64,000 nt of DNA from Myxococcaceae bacterium (GTDB taxonomy: Bacteria; Myxococcota; Myxococcia; Myxococcales; Myxococcaceae), in the NCBI GenBank assembly GCA_052147975.1, contig JBKQJL010000083.1:15892-79891 (forward strand). Reading direction: 5' to 3'. The position numbers and the translations under genes were made by a program. The notes under the pieces were generated by a model that worked only from the letters and a program-made list of their open reading frames with translations, was not told the DNA's origin and did no database searches. Shown here piece by piece: positions 27,605 through 37,680 of the stretch (within the stretch, counting starts at the first letter, position 1; the number at the start of each line of letters is the position of its first letter).

Positions 27605-29845
27605 CTATTTCTCCAGCACCACAATCTCCACCCGGCGGTTGAGCTCGCGGCCGCGGGCGGTGAGGTTGGGGGCAATGGGCCGGGCGTCTCCATAGCCCTT
27701 CGCCTCCAAGCGGTTTGCGGCAAGGCCCTTCTCTTGGAGGTAGTCCGTCACCGCCTCGGCCCGCGCCTGCGAGAGGCGGAGGTTGGCGGCGCGGGTGCCG
27801 GAGGAGTCGGAGTAGCCCTCGACGCGCACCCGTTTAATGCCGAGGCGCACCACCGCGTCCACCACCTCGTCCAGCAGCGGGTAGCTGTCGGCCAAAATGG
27901 TGGCCCGCCCCGGGGCGAAGTGCACCTGCACCAACAACTCCAGGCGGTCGTCGCGCAGCACGACGCGGCGCCGCTTTGGCTCGCGCTGCAACTCGAAGGC
28001 GAGTTGCAGCTCGGCGCCGGCGCTCACCTCCACCTCGCGCAACTGGGCGAGGTAGCCCTCCGCCGTCACCTCGGCCAAGTAGGCCCCCGGCGCGACGTCC
28101 ACCACCAGCGGGCCGGCCGCGTCGGCTTGGGTGTCCACCACTTTCGTCTCCGCCCCACTCAGCTTCACCCTGGCCGCGACGGCGTGCCGCTGGGCGGTGG
28201 TACGCAGCAACAGGTGCGAGGCCTGGGGCCGCGGGGTGAGCGCCGCCAGAAGCTGGGTGTCCACTCCGGCTTCCACCACCGCGTCCAGGAGGGCCTCCTG
28301 GTAGCCCTCTTTCTGCAGGCGCAGCTGGATGGGGCCGGGCGGAAGCGGCCGGGTGAGGAATTGGCCGGCCGCCGCGTCCGTGGCCACCGGCGAGGCCGGA
28401 CTGCCTTCCACACTCACCACCACGCCGCCGAGCGGCAGCTGCGTCGCGGCGTCCACCACCCGCCCCACCACTGCTCCGGTGGTGGGCGGCCCCGGCGGCG
28501 CCGCCACCGTGTGCACCACCACCCGCGTCGCCGGTTGGGGGAAGAGGTCCACCGCGTAGGTGGCGGCGAAGACGAAATTCCACGGCGGAATGGCCGGCAC
28601 GCCGAGGGCCACGCTGCCCTGCAGGCCGAATTGGCCGGCCACAAGCAGGGTGAGGTTTTCAATGAGGGAGAATTTGAGACCGACATTCATCTGGTGTGGC
28701 AGCGCCGAGTGAATGGGCACGCTTTGTCCGTTGGCGCCCACCAGGGTGCCGTTGCGCACATTCAACGGGTAGCCGGTGGTGTACTCGAAGAAGGGCGTCA
28801 CAATGGGCAGGGGGAATTCAAGGGAGAGGCCGGCCAACAGCTGGTTGTACGTCGTTCGGTCTAGGGCAATGTCGTCCTCGGCCCCGCCGCCCGGCTGCGA
28901 GAGGACGACGCTGTTCCACTGCCACTGGGCGCCGAATTGAAAGCCGAAGCGCAGCGGAAGGCGGGGCGTCCAGGCGAATAGCAGGTAGGGCGCAAGCGTG
29001 TAGCCGGCCTGGTCCAAGTCCTGGCTGCCGACGCCTGGAAGCCGGCTCGCGCGCACGTCCAAGGCCAGGGCGAAGGCCCCGGAGAGGCGCCAGGAGAATT
29101 TCGCCCCGAGGCCAACGTCGCCCACCGCGGAGAGGAAGTTGGGGTTGGAGCCGGTGTTGTTGGTGCTGGAGGCGGCGTAGCTTGCGTACAGCTCCAGCCA
29201 CGGCAGCACGACGAAGTCCAGGGCGAAGCGTCCAGCGGTGCGCGTCGCCTCGTCGCTGGCCCGTGGCCAGCCGCTGTTGCTGTAGTACTGGCCGAAGGCC
29301 GCAAAGCGCAGCACGCCTTGGCCGCCAATGTCTGCGCTCGAGACGTTGAGTGTCCCCAGTCCTCCGAAGAGGCCCTGCGACAGTCGCGTGTTGCGCGCGT
29401 CCAACCAGCCGTCCCCCAACGTCGAGGGGCCGGGCGGGGGACTTCCTGGAAGTAGCTGCACCACCGTCTCGCCGGGCACTGCGCCCACTGCTGGGGAAAC
29501 GCCGGCCGGTGGGCCACTGGCCGCGGCCGTTGGGCCGGCTGGGGCGTCGACTGCCGTGGGCGGAAGCGGTGGAGGCGACAGCGTGTCCACCGGTGCGGCC
29601 GCTGGTGCCGGAGGGGCTGTCGCCGGCAGCGCCGGGGGTGCCTTCGGCGCGGCCTGGCCGGCTTCCGCGGCGGGCCCTTGGGGGGTGGGCGTCGAGGCCG
29701 TCGGAAAGGGGTTGAAGTCGTCCTCTTTGCCCTGGGCCCCCGCCGTGGCGCCGAGCAACAGCCCGAGGCCGGCGAGGAGGAGAGGAGGGTGAATGCGGGG
29801 AAACCTCAGGGCATACGGGAGTATATGCGTGCATCTCAGGGTCAC
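27605..29845 (-). CDS. OmpA-family outer-membrane/peptidoglycan-associated protein with a beta-barrel-like and carboxypeptidase-regulatory-like middle region
   Basis: Signal peptide, a Pro/Ala-rich linker and a long beta-rich region. The C-terminal OmpA_C motif is present (VEGYSDSSGTRAANLRLSQARAEAVTDYL ... NRRVEIVVL). Confidence 0.82.
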   Translation of the reverse strand: MTLRCTHILPYALRFPRIHPPLLLAGLGLLLGATAGAQGKEDDFNPFPTASTPTPQGPAAEAGQAAPKAPPALPATAPPAPAAAPVDTLSPPPLPPTAVDAPAGPTAAASGPPAGVSPAVGAVPGETVVQLLPGSPPPGPSTLGDGWLDARNTRLSQGLFGGLGTLNVSSADIGGQGVLRFAAFGQYYSNSGWPRASDEATRTAGRFALDFVVLPWLELYASYAASSTNNTGSNPNFLSAVGDVGLGAKFSWRLSGAFALALDVRASRLPGVGSQDLDQAGYTLAPYLLFAWTPRLPLRFGFQFGAQWQWNSVVLSQPGGGAEDDIALDRTTYNQLLAGLSLEFPLPIVTPFFEYTTGYPLNVRNGTLVGANGQSVPIHSALPHQMNVGLKFSLIENLTLLVAGQFGLQGSVALGVPAIPPWNFVFAATYAVDLFPQPATRVVVHTVAAPPGPPTTGAVVGRVVDAATQLPLGGVVVSVEGSPASPVATDAAAGQFLTRPLPPGPIQLRLQKEGYQEALLDAVVEAGVDTQLLAALTPRPQASHLLLRTTAQRHAVAARVKLSGAETKVVDTQADAAGPLVVDVAPGAYLAEVTAEGYLAQLREVEVSAGAELQLAFELQREPKRRRVVLRDDRLELLVQVHFAPGRATILADSYPLLDEVVDAVVRLGIKRVRVEGYSDSSGTRAANLRLSQARAEAVTDYLQEKGLAANRLEAKGYGDARPIAPNLTARGRELNRRVEIVVLEK

Positions 29846-29886
29846 AACGAACCCGCCAACGGGGGAGCCAACACCGGGCGCGGCTG

Positions 29887-32082
29887 GTGCCGCGCCAGGG
29901 TTTGCGGAAAGATGAAACCGGGATGAAAGGGGAGACTTCGCCGACCGGCTCCGTGCTGGACGGACCGGTGCAAGCTCGTAAGGGGGCCCGGGAGCGGCTT
30001 GCCGAGCGCATGGCGATGCTGCTCGAAATTACCCAGGCCGCCACCAGCTCGCTCGAGCTCGGGCAAATTCTGAAAATTGCGGTGGAGAAAGTGGGCCGCG
30101 TGCTGCCCATGGACCGCTGCTCGGTCGTGCTGGTGGACGGCATCGGGGAGGCCAACGCCAGTGCCACGGTGATGGCCACCTTCGAGCGGCCGGACCTCCA
30201 GCCGTTGCCCATCGACTTGGCCCGCTACCCGGAGCTGCGCCAGTCGCTGCGCACCCGCGAGGCCACCTACGTCGAGGACGCGCTGGTCGACCCGCTGATG
30301 GCCGAGGTGCGTCCCCTCATCGCCCCGCTCGGGGTGAAGAGCATCCTCGTCCAGCCCCTCATCAGCCAGGACGACTTGGTGGGGGCCCTCTTCTTGCGCC
30401 TCTCCCGGCGCAGCGGCGCCTTCGGGCGCGAGGAGCAGGAATTTGCCCGGGCAGTGGCGGCGGCGCTAGCCAACTCGGTGCGCAACGCCCGGCTGCACGC
30501 CGCGCTGCAAAAGAAGCGAGAGGACTTGGAGCTCAAGTACGTCGACCGCTACCGCGAGCTCACCGAGGCCAACCGCCGGCTGCGCGAGCTGGCGCGCTTC
30601 AAGGACGAGCTCATCGCCATCGCCAGCCACGACTTGCGCTCGCCGTTGCAAGTCGTCATCGGCCACGGGCGGCTCCTGGAAGACGCCGAGCTGCAGCCCG
30701 AGCAACACGAGTCCGCCGGCGCGGTGGTGCGCCAAGCGCGCAAGATTCTGAAGCTGGTGGAGTCCCTCCTGGAGAAGGGGAAGGGGGAACACTCGCGTGT
30801 CGCCTTGGACGTGCAGCTGGTGGACGTCCGCCAGGTGGCGAGCGACTGCGTCGCAGAAATGGACATTCTGGCCCGCGAGCGCTCGCTCGAGCTACGCGTG
30901 CAGGCGCCCGAGCGTCTCCCGGTGATGGGGGATGAGCTCAAGCTGCGAGAAGTCCTGCAGAACCTCATCTCCAATGCCCTCGCCCATGCCGCCGGCGTGG
31001 TGACGGTGGAGGGGCGCGTGCTGGCCCGGCCAGACGGCCCGGTGGCCAAGTTGGTGGTGCAGGACGACGGCAAGGGGCTCAGCGAAGACCAGTTGCACCT
31101 CGTTTTTGACCGCTACCGCCACGGCCCGGGCGGCACCGGGCTGGGGCTGGCCATCTGTAAGGACTTCGTCGAGCTGCACGGCGGTGAAATTTGGGCCGAG
31201 CGCCCGCCGGAGGGCGGCTGCGCCTTCATCTTCACCCTCCCGCTCGCCTCCCAGGACGTCCCTCGGCAGCGCTCGGGCGTGTTGCCCACCCCGGGCGAGC
31301 AGCCCCGGGTGCTGGTGGTGGAGGACGAGCCGGACATTGCCGCGGTGCTGGAAGGCATTCTTCGCAAGCGCTACCGGGTGGAGCTGGCGCGCGACGGCGC
31401 CGAGGGCGTGGCCAAGGCCAGAGCGCTGCACCCGGACTTGGTGGTGATGGACGTCTTTCTGCCCCACATGGACGGGCTCGACGCGGTGCTGTCCTTGAAG
31501 GCCTCCTCGGACACGGCGGACATTCCCGTCATTCTCGTCTCCGCCCAGGTGGGCGTCGCCGACCGCGTCCGGGCCCTCAACCTCGGGGCGGTGGACTACC
31601 TGGCCAAGCCCTTTCGCTCCTCCGAGTTGCTCGAGCGCACCGAGCGCGCGCTCTCCCTCAAGTCCTCCGGCGCCTCCCTCCCAGTGCCCTCCGCCGCGGC
31701 CGGGCCCACGGACGCGGCCACCGGGTTGCTCGACCGCCGCGGACTCGTCATCCGCCTCACCCAGGAGGCGGCCCGCGCCAGGCGCTATGGGCGTCCGCTG
31801 GCGCTGGCCGTCGTGCGCACCGATGCGCACGGCGCCGAGGCGCTGCGCAACAGCGCCGCCCGCATGCGCGAGCGCCTGCGCGCCCCGGACGTGTTGGCCC
31901 ACCTCGGCGGGGGCACCTTCGCTGCCGTCCTGCCGGAGTGCACCGCGGCGCAGGCCGAGCGCGTGTTTGGACGGGTGGAGTCAGACTTGCGTCGCCAAGG
32001 GACGCACGAGTGCAGGGTGGACGTGGCCGAGGTGCCGCCCCGCGAAATGCCGGAGGCCGTGCTGCAGCGGCTGCTCGGCTAG
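29887..32082 (+). CDS. Hybrid sensor histidine kinase: GAF - HisKA - HATPase_c - receiver - degenerate GGDEF-like domain
   Basis: H-box (ASHDLRSPLQ), N/G boxes (LISNALAHA, DDGKGL, GGTGLGLAICKDFVELHGG) and a receiver (VLVVEDEPD ... VVMDVFLPHMDG ... AKPF) are present. The C-terminal ~120 aa carries GGGTF where GGDEF would be. The start could be GTG 29887 or ATG 29923. Confidence 0.88.
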   Translation: MPRQGLRKDETGMKGETSPTGSVLDGPVQARKGARERLAERMAMLLEITQAATSSLELGQILKIAVEKVGRVLPMDRCSVVLVDGIGEANASATVMATFERPDLQPLPIDLARYPELRQSLRTREATYVEDALVDPLMAEVRPLIAPLGVKSILVQPLISQDDLVGALFLRLSRRSGAFGREEQEFARAVAAALANSVRNARLHAALQKKREDLELKYVDRYRELTEANRRLRELARFKDELIAIASHDLRSPLQVVIGHGRLLEDAELQPEQHESAGAVVRQARKILKLVESLLEKGKGEHSRVALDVQLVDVRQVASDCVAEMDILARERSLELRVQAPERLPVMGDELKLREVLQNLISNALAHAAGVVTVEGRVLARPDGPVAKLVVQDDGKGLSEDQLHLVFDRYRHGPGGTGLGLAICKDFVELHGGEIWAERPPEGGCAFIFTLPLASQDVPRQRSGVLPTPGEQPRVLVVEDEPDIAAVLEGILRKRYRVELARDGAEGVAKARALHPDLVVMDVFLPHMDGLDAVLSLKASSDTADIPVILVSAQVGVADRVRALNLGAVDYLAKPFRSSELLERTERALSLKSSGASLPVPSAAAGPTDAATGLLDRRGLVIRLTQEAARARRYGRPLALAVVRTDAHGAEALRNSAARMRERLRAPDVLAHLGGGTFAAVLPECTAAQAERVFGRVESDLRRQGTHECRVDVAEVPPREMPEAVLQRLLG

Positions 32083-32220
32083 CGCCTCCCCTCGTCCCTC
32101 CCCGTCGCGAGGGAGGCCGGTGTGTGGGCGAGTCCGCTGCCCCGGCCTTTTCCCAAGGGGAGGGGCTTCCATGGGCGCGCCCTTGGCCTGGTACACTCGC
32201 CGCCTCCTTTTTGAAACCCC

Positions 32221-34071
32221 GTGGCTGCTCCGTCCCTCGTCCTTCTGTGGTGCCTGTCCGCTGCGCCCGCGGACAGGACACTAGACAGCCACCGGCCGGC
32301 GGTGGACGTCTCGGCCATGCGCGAGGCCATGGACGCCGAGCCCGGCACGTTTGCCTCCGCCGCGGCCTACGCCCACTTTCTCTTGGCGCGCCTCGCCCAC
32401 CAGCAAGGAGACGAGCGGCAGGCCGTGAATGAGCTGCGGCTGGCGCTGGCCACCGACGAGAGAAACCCCTACCTCCTGGTGGCGCTGGGGGAAGCCTACG
32501 TGCGTCTCGAGGACTGGCCGCGCGCGGAAGCCCAGGCGCATTCCGTCCTGGACAGGCACCCGGACGACTTCGCTGCCGAGCTGCTGTTGGCCCGCGTCCT
32601 CTACGAGGGGCACCAATTTCCCAAGGCACGTGCCCTGCTGCGGCGGGCCCAGGCGCAGAGGCCCAAGGACCCTGACGCCTATTTGCTGCTTGCAGAAATC
32701 TCGCTCGAATCCGGCCAGCTGGACGACGCCATCCACGTCGTGCAGGCGCTCGCCGACGCCGCCGCCGAGCCGCTCGGGCTGAAGCGGCTGGGGCAGGCGC
32801 TGTCTGAAAAAGGAGACCCCAGCCGCGCCGAGGGCCTGCTCCTCCGCGCCACCCGCCTCGACCCGGGCGACGTGGAGAGTTGGGTGGCCCTGGCCGCCGT
32901 GCAGGAAGCGCTGGGCAAGCCGGCCCTGGCCGAGGACAGCCTGGCCCGGGCCCTGGAGGTCGACCCCGACAACCGCAACGCGCTGCTCGACGCCGGGCGG
33001 CTCGCGCTGCGCGCCAATGCCCCCGGGCGGGCGCGCGCCTACCTGGACCGGGTGCTGGCCCTGTCCGAGGACCCGGACCTCACCTTGCGCGTCGCCTTCA
33101 CCTGGCTCGCTGGGCAGCGCGCCGCCGAGGCCAGCCAGGTGCTCGACGAGGCCCGGCGTGCCGGCAACGCCGATGCGCGTGTCTCCTTCTACGCCGGGTT
33201 GCTTCACGAGCGCGGCGCACGCTTCGAGCAGGCCGTGCAGGCCTACGCCGAGGTGGCCCCGGCCTCGGAGCTCTTCCGCGAGGCGCGGCTGCGGCGCGCC
33301 GCCGCCCTGGGGCGCGCCGGCCGTCCGGCCGAGGGCGTGGCCCTGTTGCGGGCTGCCCTGGTGGCCACCCCGGATGACCTCGCCCTCTACCCGGCCTACG
33401 CCCAAGCCCTGGAGGTGGCCGGCAAACCCGCCGAGGGCGAGCGCTTCTTGCGCGAGGCGGCCCTGGCCCGCGGCTCGCCGGAGCTGGCCGAGGCCCTGGC
33501 CCTCCTCCTCGAGCGACAGGGGAGGACGGCCGAGGCCATTGCGTTGCTCACCCGGGAAGTGCAAGGCCGCCCTCACCAGGAGTCGCTCCTCTTCACGCTG
33601 GCCGCGGCCTACGAGCGGGCCGGCGACCACACCCACAGCCTCGAGCGCATGCGCGAGGTGTTGGCCCTCAACCCGGACAACGCCTCGGCCCTCAACTTCA
33701 TTGGCTACACCCTCACCGAGCAGGACCAGGACTTGGACGAGGCGGAGCGGCTCTTGCATCGCGCGCTCGAATTGCGTCCGGAGACCGGCGCCTTCCTGGA
33801 CAGCCTGGGGTGGCTGTTTTTCCACCGCCATGACTATGGCCGGGCCGTCTCCACGCTGGAGCACGCCGCCGCCCTGGAGCCGGACGAGCCCGTCATTGCC
33901 GAACACCTCGGTGACGCCTACTTAGGTGTCCAGAGGCGTCGGGAGGCGGCCGGCGCCTACCGCCGCGCCCTGGAGGCGGCTCGCACCTCCACCGACCCCG
34001 AGGCGGCCGCCCTTCGGCCCCGAGTGGAAGCCAAGCTCAAGGGACTGTCCTCGGACGTTGCGGACCGCTAA
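32221..34071 (+). CDS. Tetratricopeptide-repeat (TPR) protein, secreted/periplasmic
   Basis: 616-aa ORF with an N-terminal hydrophobic signal-like segment. More than 10 TPR-like units are seen (e.g. ALGEAYVRLEDWPRAEAQAHSVLDRHPDD, HLGDAYLGVQRRREAAGAYRRALE). Confidence 0.8.
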   Translation: MAAPSLVLLWCLSAAPADRTLDSHRPAVDVSAMREAMDAEPGTFASAAAYAHFLLARLAHQQGDERQAVNELRLALATDERNPYLLVALGEAYVRLEDWPRAEAQAHSVLDRHPDDFAAELLLARVLYEGHQFPKARALLRRAQAQRPKDPDAYLLLAEISLESGQLDDAIHVVQALADAAAEPLGLKRLGQALSEKGDPSRAEGLLLRATRLDPGDVESWVALAAVQEALGKPALAEDSLARALEVDPDNRNALLDAGRLALRANAPGRARAYLDRVLALSEDPDLTLRVAFTWLAGQRAAEASQVLDEARRAGNADARVSFYAGLLHERGARFEQAVQAYAEVAPASELFREARLRRAAALGRAGRPAEGVALLRAALVATPDDLALYPAYAQALEVAGKPAEGERFLREAALARGSPELAEALALLLERQGRTAEAIALLTREVQGRPHQESLLFTLAAAYERAGDHTHSLERMREVLALNPDNASALNFIGYTLTEQDQDLDEAERLLHRALELRPETGAFLDSLGWLFFHRHDYGRAVSTLEHAAALEPDEPVIAEHLGDAYLGVQRRREAAGAYRRALEAARTSTDPEAAALRPRVEAKLKGLSSDVADR

Positions 34072-34088
34072 GTTCTCCTGTCACCGCC

Positions 34089-34922
34089 ATGGTCCATCAC
34101 GAGGAAGCCTTCCTCGACGTCGACGGTGCGCGCCTGTGGACCGAGGACGACGTGCCCACCGGGGCACGCGCCCACGTCCTCATGCTCCACGGCTACGCCG
34201 ACCACCTGGGGCGTTACCGCGCCCTGCGCGACGCGCTGGTGGCCGAAGGCTTCGGCGTCCACAGCTATGACCAGCGCGGGCACGGGAAGACGGCCGGTGC
34301 CCGTGGGCACGTGCAGAAATTCTCGGACTACCTGGACGACTTCGACCGCTGCCTGGCGCGGATGCGCTCGCAAGCGGGAAACACCCGGGCCTTCGTCATC
34401 GCGCACAGCCACGGCGGCCTCGAGGCACTGGCGGCGCTCCAGCGGCGGGCCGCGCCCTTGGTGGACGGGCTCGTCCTGTCCTCGCCCTACCTGGCGCTGG
34501 CCTTCGCGCCGCCGGCCTGGAAGTCCGGGCTGGCCAAGGTGCTTCAGGGCATTTTACCCGCGATGCGCCTGCCGCTGGACTTGGACCTTTCGTTGCTCAG
34601 CCGCGACGAGGCCTGGCTGCGCACCACCAACGCTGACCCGCTCTATAACCGGGTGGGGACGCCGCGCTGGTTTGCGGAGTCCACCCGGGCCCAGGCCGAA
34701 GTCCTCGCCCGCGGGGCCGCCATCCAGTGCCCGGTCCTCATGCTGCTCGGCACGGATGATGGCATCGCCAGCGCAACAACTGCGCGGCGCTTCTTCGACA
34801 CCCTGGGGACGAAGGACCGGACGCTGCGTGAGTACCCCGGTATGCGACACGAGCTGCTCAACGAGTTGGGCAAAGAAGAGGTTTTTCGCGACATCTGTCG
34901 CTGGATCTCCGAGCATCTGTAG
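34089..34922 (+). CDS. Alpha/beta hydrolase (lysophospholipase / monoacylglycerol lipase-like)
   Basis: It has HGYADHLGRY, YDQRGHGKT and the nucleophile-elbow variant IAHSHGG. A C-terminal H lies in YPGMRHELLNE. Confidence 0.82.
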   Translation: MVHHEEAFLDVDGARLWTEDDVPTGARAHVLMLHGYADHLGRYRALRDALVAEGFGVHSYDQRGHGKTAGARGHVQKFSDYLDDFDRCLARMRSQAGNTRAFVIAHSHGGLEALAALQRRAAPLVDGLVLSSPYLALAFAPPAWKSGLAKVLQGILPAMRLPLDLDLSLLSRDEAWLRTTNADPLYNRVGTPRWFAESTRAQAEVLARGAAIQCPVLMLLGTDDGIASATTARRFFDTLGTKDRTLREYPGMRHELLNELGKEEVFRDICRWISEHL

Positions 34923-34949
34923 CGTACGTTTTCGACGAGAGGGCAACGG

Positions 34950-35294
34950 ATGGCACAAGCCGACCAGGTGGGCATCATCGGCAAGGGCATCATCATCAAG
35001 GGCAGCCTGAGTGGCGGCGGCAACCTCGTCATCGAGGGTCGGGTGGAGGGCCAAATCGCCCTGAAGAACCACCTCACCATCGAGACCACCGGGAAGGTGG
35101 AGGCCGACATCCGGGCCGAAGAGCTGACCATCAACGGCGAGGCGAGCGGCAACATCGACGCCTCCTCCCGGGTGGCCATCAACACCTCGGCCAAGGTGGC
35201 CGGCGACATCAAAGCGCCCCGGGTGGTGATTGAGGACGGCGCGGTCTTCAACGGTTCCATCGACATGGAAGTGAAGCTGCCGGACGACATCTAG
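34950..35294 (+). CDS. bacN: Bactofilin (first of three tandem paralogues)
   Basis: DUF583/bactofilin beta-helix repeats are present (GKGIIIKGSLSGGGNLVIEGRVEGQI ... KVAGDIKAPRVVIEDGAVFNGSIDM). The gene name is assigned by synteny with the Myxococcus xanthus bacN-bacO-bacP-padC cluster. Confidence 0.85.
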   Translation: MAQADQVGIIGKGIIIKGSLSGGGNLVIEGRVEGQIALKNHLTIETTGKVEADIRAEELTINGEASGNIDASSRVAINTSAKVAGDIKAPRVVIEDGAVFNGSIDMEVKLPDDI

Positions 35295-35345
35295 GCGCCC
35301 CGGCAAAAGACACCTCAGCGAGAGCCCTCTGGAGGGGACGCCCAC

Positions 35346-35666
35346 GTGGCAAATACAGTCATCGGTTCGAGCCTGATTATTGATGGTGAGATTTCAGGCG
35401 ATGAGGACCTGGTCATCCAGGGCACGGTGAAGGGGAAAATCTCCCTCCGGGAGAGCCTCTTCGTGGAGAGCTCAGGCGTCGTCGAGGCCGACATCGAAAC
35501 CCAAAATGTCGAAATCGCCGGCCGGGTGACAGGCAACATCGCCGCCACCGACAAGGTGGAGCTCAAGAGCGACTGCCGCGTCGTCGGAGACATCAAAGCT
35601 CCCCGCATCCTCATTGCCGACGGTGCCTCCTTCAAGGGCAACGTCGACATGGACGTGAAGGGCTAA
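35346..35666 (+). CDS. bacO: Bactofilin (second paralogue)
   Basis: Bactofilin repeats are present (IDGEISGDEDLVIQGTVKGKISL ... RVVGDIKAPRILIADGASFKGNVDM). GTG start. Confidence 0.85.
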   Translation: MANTVIGSSLIIDGEISGDEDLVIQGTVKGKISLRESLFVESSGVVEADIETQNVEIAGRVTGNIAATDKVELKSDCRVVGDIKAPRILIADGASFKGNVDMDVKG

Positions 35667-35670
35667 GCCC

Positions 35671-36255
35671 ATGGCCAGCCCCAAGGAGCTCTCCGGCCCG
35701 GCCGGAAACACCGTCATCGGTCCGTCCATCCTCATCAACGGGAAGCTGAGCGGCGACGAGGACCTCACCGTGCGCGGGCGCGTCGAGGGCGAGCTGTCGC
35801 TCACCCGGACGTTGATTGTGGAACCCTCAGGCGTGGTGAAGGCCAACGTCTCCGTCAAGAATGCCGTGGTGAGCGGGGTGGTGGTGGGCAACATTGCCGC
35901 CACCGAGAGTGTCGAGCTCACCAGAGATGGGCGCATGGTGGGCGACATACGCTCGCCGCGCGTCATTATTGTGGACGGCGCAAGCTTCCGCGGCAGGGTG
36001 GACATGGGCGAGCTCGCCCCCGGCCGCCCGTTGCCGGAGCGCCCTCGCACCCAGGTCCGCCCGGCGGTGCGCGCGGCGCTGGCCCCCGCCCGGCCGCCGG
36101 CCCTGCCTCCGCGGCCTCCGGCGCGCGCCCCGGTGCCGGCCTTCGTCTCCTCGCGCCCGGCCGAGGCGGCCAAGGGCCCGCCTGCGCCACCGCCCGCGCC
36201 GCCCACCGTGGCCGCCGGGGCGAAGAAGAAAATTGTCGTGAAGAAGAAGCGGTAA
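35671..36255 (+). CDS. bacP: Bactofilin with an extended Pro/Ala-rich basic C-terminal tail
   Basis: A bactofilin core ([23 protein letters not shown] ... [24 protein letters not shown]) is followed by a ~85-aa Pro-rich tail ending [10 protein letters not shown]. This matches what is described for BacP. Confidence 0.85.
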   Translation: MASPKELSGPAGNTVIGPSILINGKLSGDEDLTVRGRVEGELSLTRTLIVEPSGVVKANVSVKNAVVSGVVVGNIAATESVELTRDGRMVGDIRSPRVIIVDGASFRGRVDMGELAPGRPLPERPRTQVRPAVRAALAPARPPALPPRPPARAPVPAFVSSRPAEAAKGPPAPPPAPPTVAAGAKKKIVVKKKR

Positions 36256-36292
36256 AGCCCTCGGGAGCCCAACCCGGCGTCACCACGCCGGT

Positions 36293-37111
36293 GTGGTATG
36301 GCAAGAAGCGATGGAGACGCCCGAGCCAGAAAGCCCGGCAGAGGAGAGCCTCGAGGAGCGGCCGAAGCCGGCCGGCGCCGAGACGGCCGAGCCGCCGGCG
36401 GTCGAGCTGCTGCCGGACATTCCGCTGGCGGAGGTGGACGAAGACGTCCCGACGGCGCCCGGCCCCTCGTTGCCCCCGCGCGTCCAGGTTGCCGAGGCCG
36501 TCCTGAGCCGCCCCCTCCATGTCGAGCAGGGCCTTTTGGCGCTGGAGCAGCTCGACGACGACGACACTTTCCGGCTGCGCGAGGAGGGGGACGTCAGCCG
36601 ACTGGCGCAGGACATCGCTCGGCTGGGGCAGCTCTTCCCGGTGGACGTCCGCCTCCAGGGCGAGCGCTTTCAGCTGGTGTGCGGCTTTCGCCGAGTCGCG
36701 GCGCTGCGCTTTTTGCAACGGGACAAGGTGCAGGCCCGCATTCACACCGGGCTGTCGGACGAGGACGCGCTGTTGGTGGCCCTCGCCGCCGCCCTCCACG
36801 CCCAGCCGCTTTCGGCCGAGGAGTGCCTGGCCCTGCGCCAGCGGCTGGCTGAGGAAGGGCGGCTGGGCCCGGCGGCGAGCGACATGCTGGAGCAGGCCCT
36901 GGGGGCAGGGGAGCTGGGGGCGGAGGGGCCGGAGCAAGAAATTGACGCGGACGAGCTGGCCTCCTCACTGACGCAGCTGCTCGGTGACGCGAACCAGGAC
37001 TTGGCGCTTCTGGTGCCCGTCTTCGGGGCGCTGGAGGAGGACCGCAAGGCGGAACTGTTGACGCAGCTGCGCTACGCCGCGGAGCTGGTCGCCTACTTGG
37101 AGGAAAGCTGA
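36293..37111 (+). CDS. padC: ParB/Srx-like domain adaptor protein (PadC-like)
   Basis: An acidic N-terminus is followed by a ParB-like nuclease/CTPase fold ([28 protein letters not shown] ... [14 protein letters not shown]). It lies immediately downstream of three bactofilin genes. The start could be GTG 36293 or ATG 36311. Confidence 0.78.
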   Translation: MVWQEAMETPEPESPAEESLEERPKPAGAETAEPPAVELLPDIPLAEVDEDVPTAPGPSLPPRVQVAEAVLSRPLHVEQGLLALEQLDDDDTFRLREEGDVSRLAQDIARLGQLFPVDVRLQGERFQLVCGFRRVAALRFLQRDKVQARIHTGLSDEDALLVALAAALHAQPLSAEECLALRQRLAEEGRLGPAASDMLEQALGAGELGAEGPEQEIDADELASSLTQLLGDANQDLALLVPVFGALEEDRKAELLTQLRYAAELVAYLEES

Positions 37112-37113
37112 GC

Positions 37114-37680
37114 ATGGAGGGCGCGCTGGCGCGGGACCGCGCAAGGCTGCTCGAGTTACTCACCCGGCTGTCGTTCGAGAAGCGCCGGGTGACGCTGTCC
37201 TCCGGGTTGGAGAGTGACTTCTACATCGACTGCAAGCGCACCGCGCTGACGGCCGAGGGCCACTTCCTCATCGGCCGGCTCCTCCTGCGAGACATCCAGC
37301 GGCTGGCGCCGGCGGCCGCGGCGGTGGGAGGCCTCACCCTGGGGGCGGACCCGTTGGCCTCCGCCGTCAGCCTCATGAGCTACCTGGCCGGCACGCCGCT
37401 GCCGGCCTTCATCGTCCGCAAGGAGCCAAAGGGCCACGGCACCGGGCAGTGGATGGAGGGCCGCACCCTCATCGCCGACGGTGCCGAGGTGGCCATCCTC
37501 GAGGACGTCGTCACCACCGGCGCTTCCACCCTGCGGGCCATCGAGCGCGCCGAGGCCGAGGGGCTGGCCGTGCGCTGTGCCTTTGCCCTGGTGGACCGCA
37601 TGGAGGGGGGACGGGCCGCCATCACCGAGAAGGGCTACGGGCTGTCCAGCCTCTTCACCCGGAAGGACTTCCTGCCGTGA
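37114..37680 (+). CDS. pyrE: Orotate phosphoribosyltransferase
   Basis: 188-aa ORF with the PRPP-binding motif VAILEDVVTTGAST, plus LSSGLESDFYIDCK and KEPKGHGTG. Confidence 0.9.
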   Translation: MEGALARDRARLLELLTRLSFEKRRVTLSSGLESDFYIDCKRTALTAEGHFLIGRLLLRDIQRLAPAAAAVGGLTLGADPLASAVSLMSYLAGTPLPAFIVRKEPKGHGTGQWMEGRTLIADGAEVAILEDVVTTGASTLRAIERAEAEGLAVRCAFALVDRMEGGRAAITEKGYGLSSLFTRKDFLP

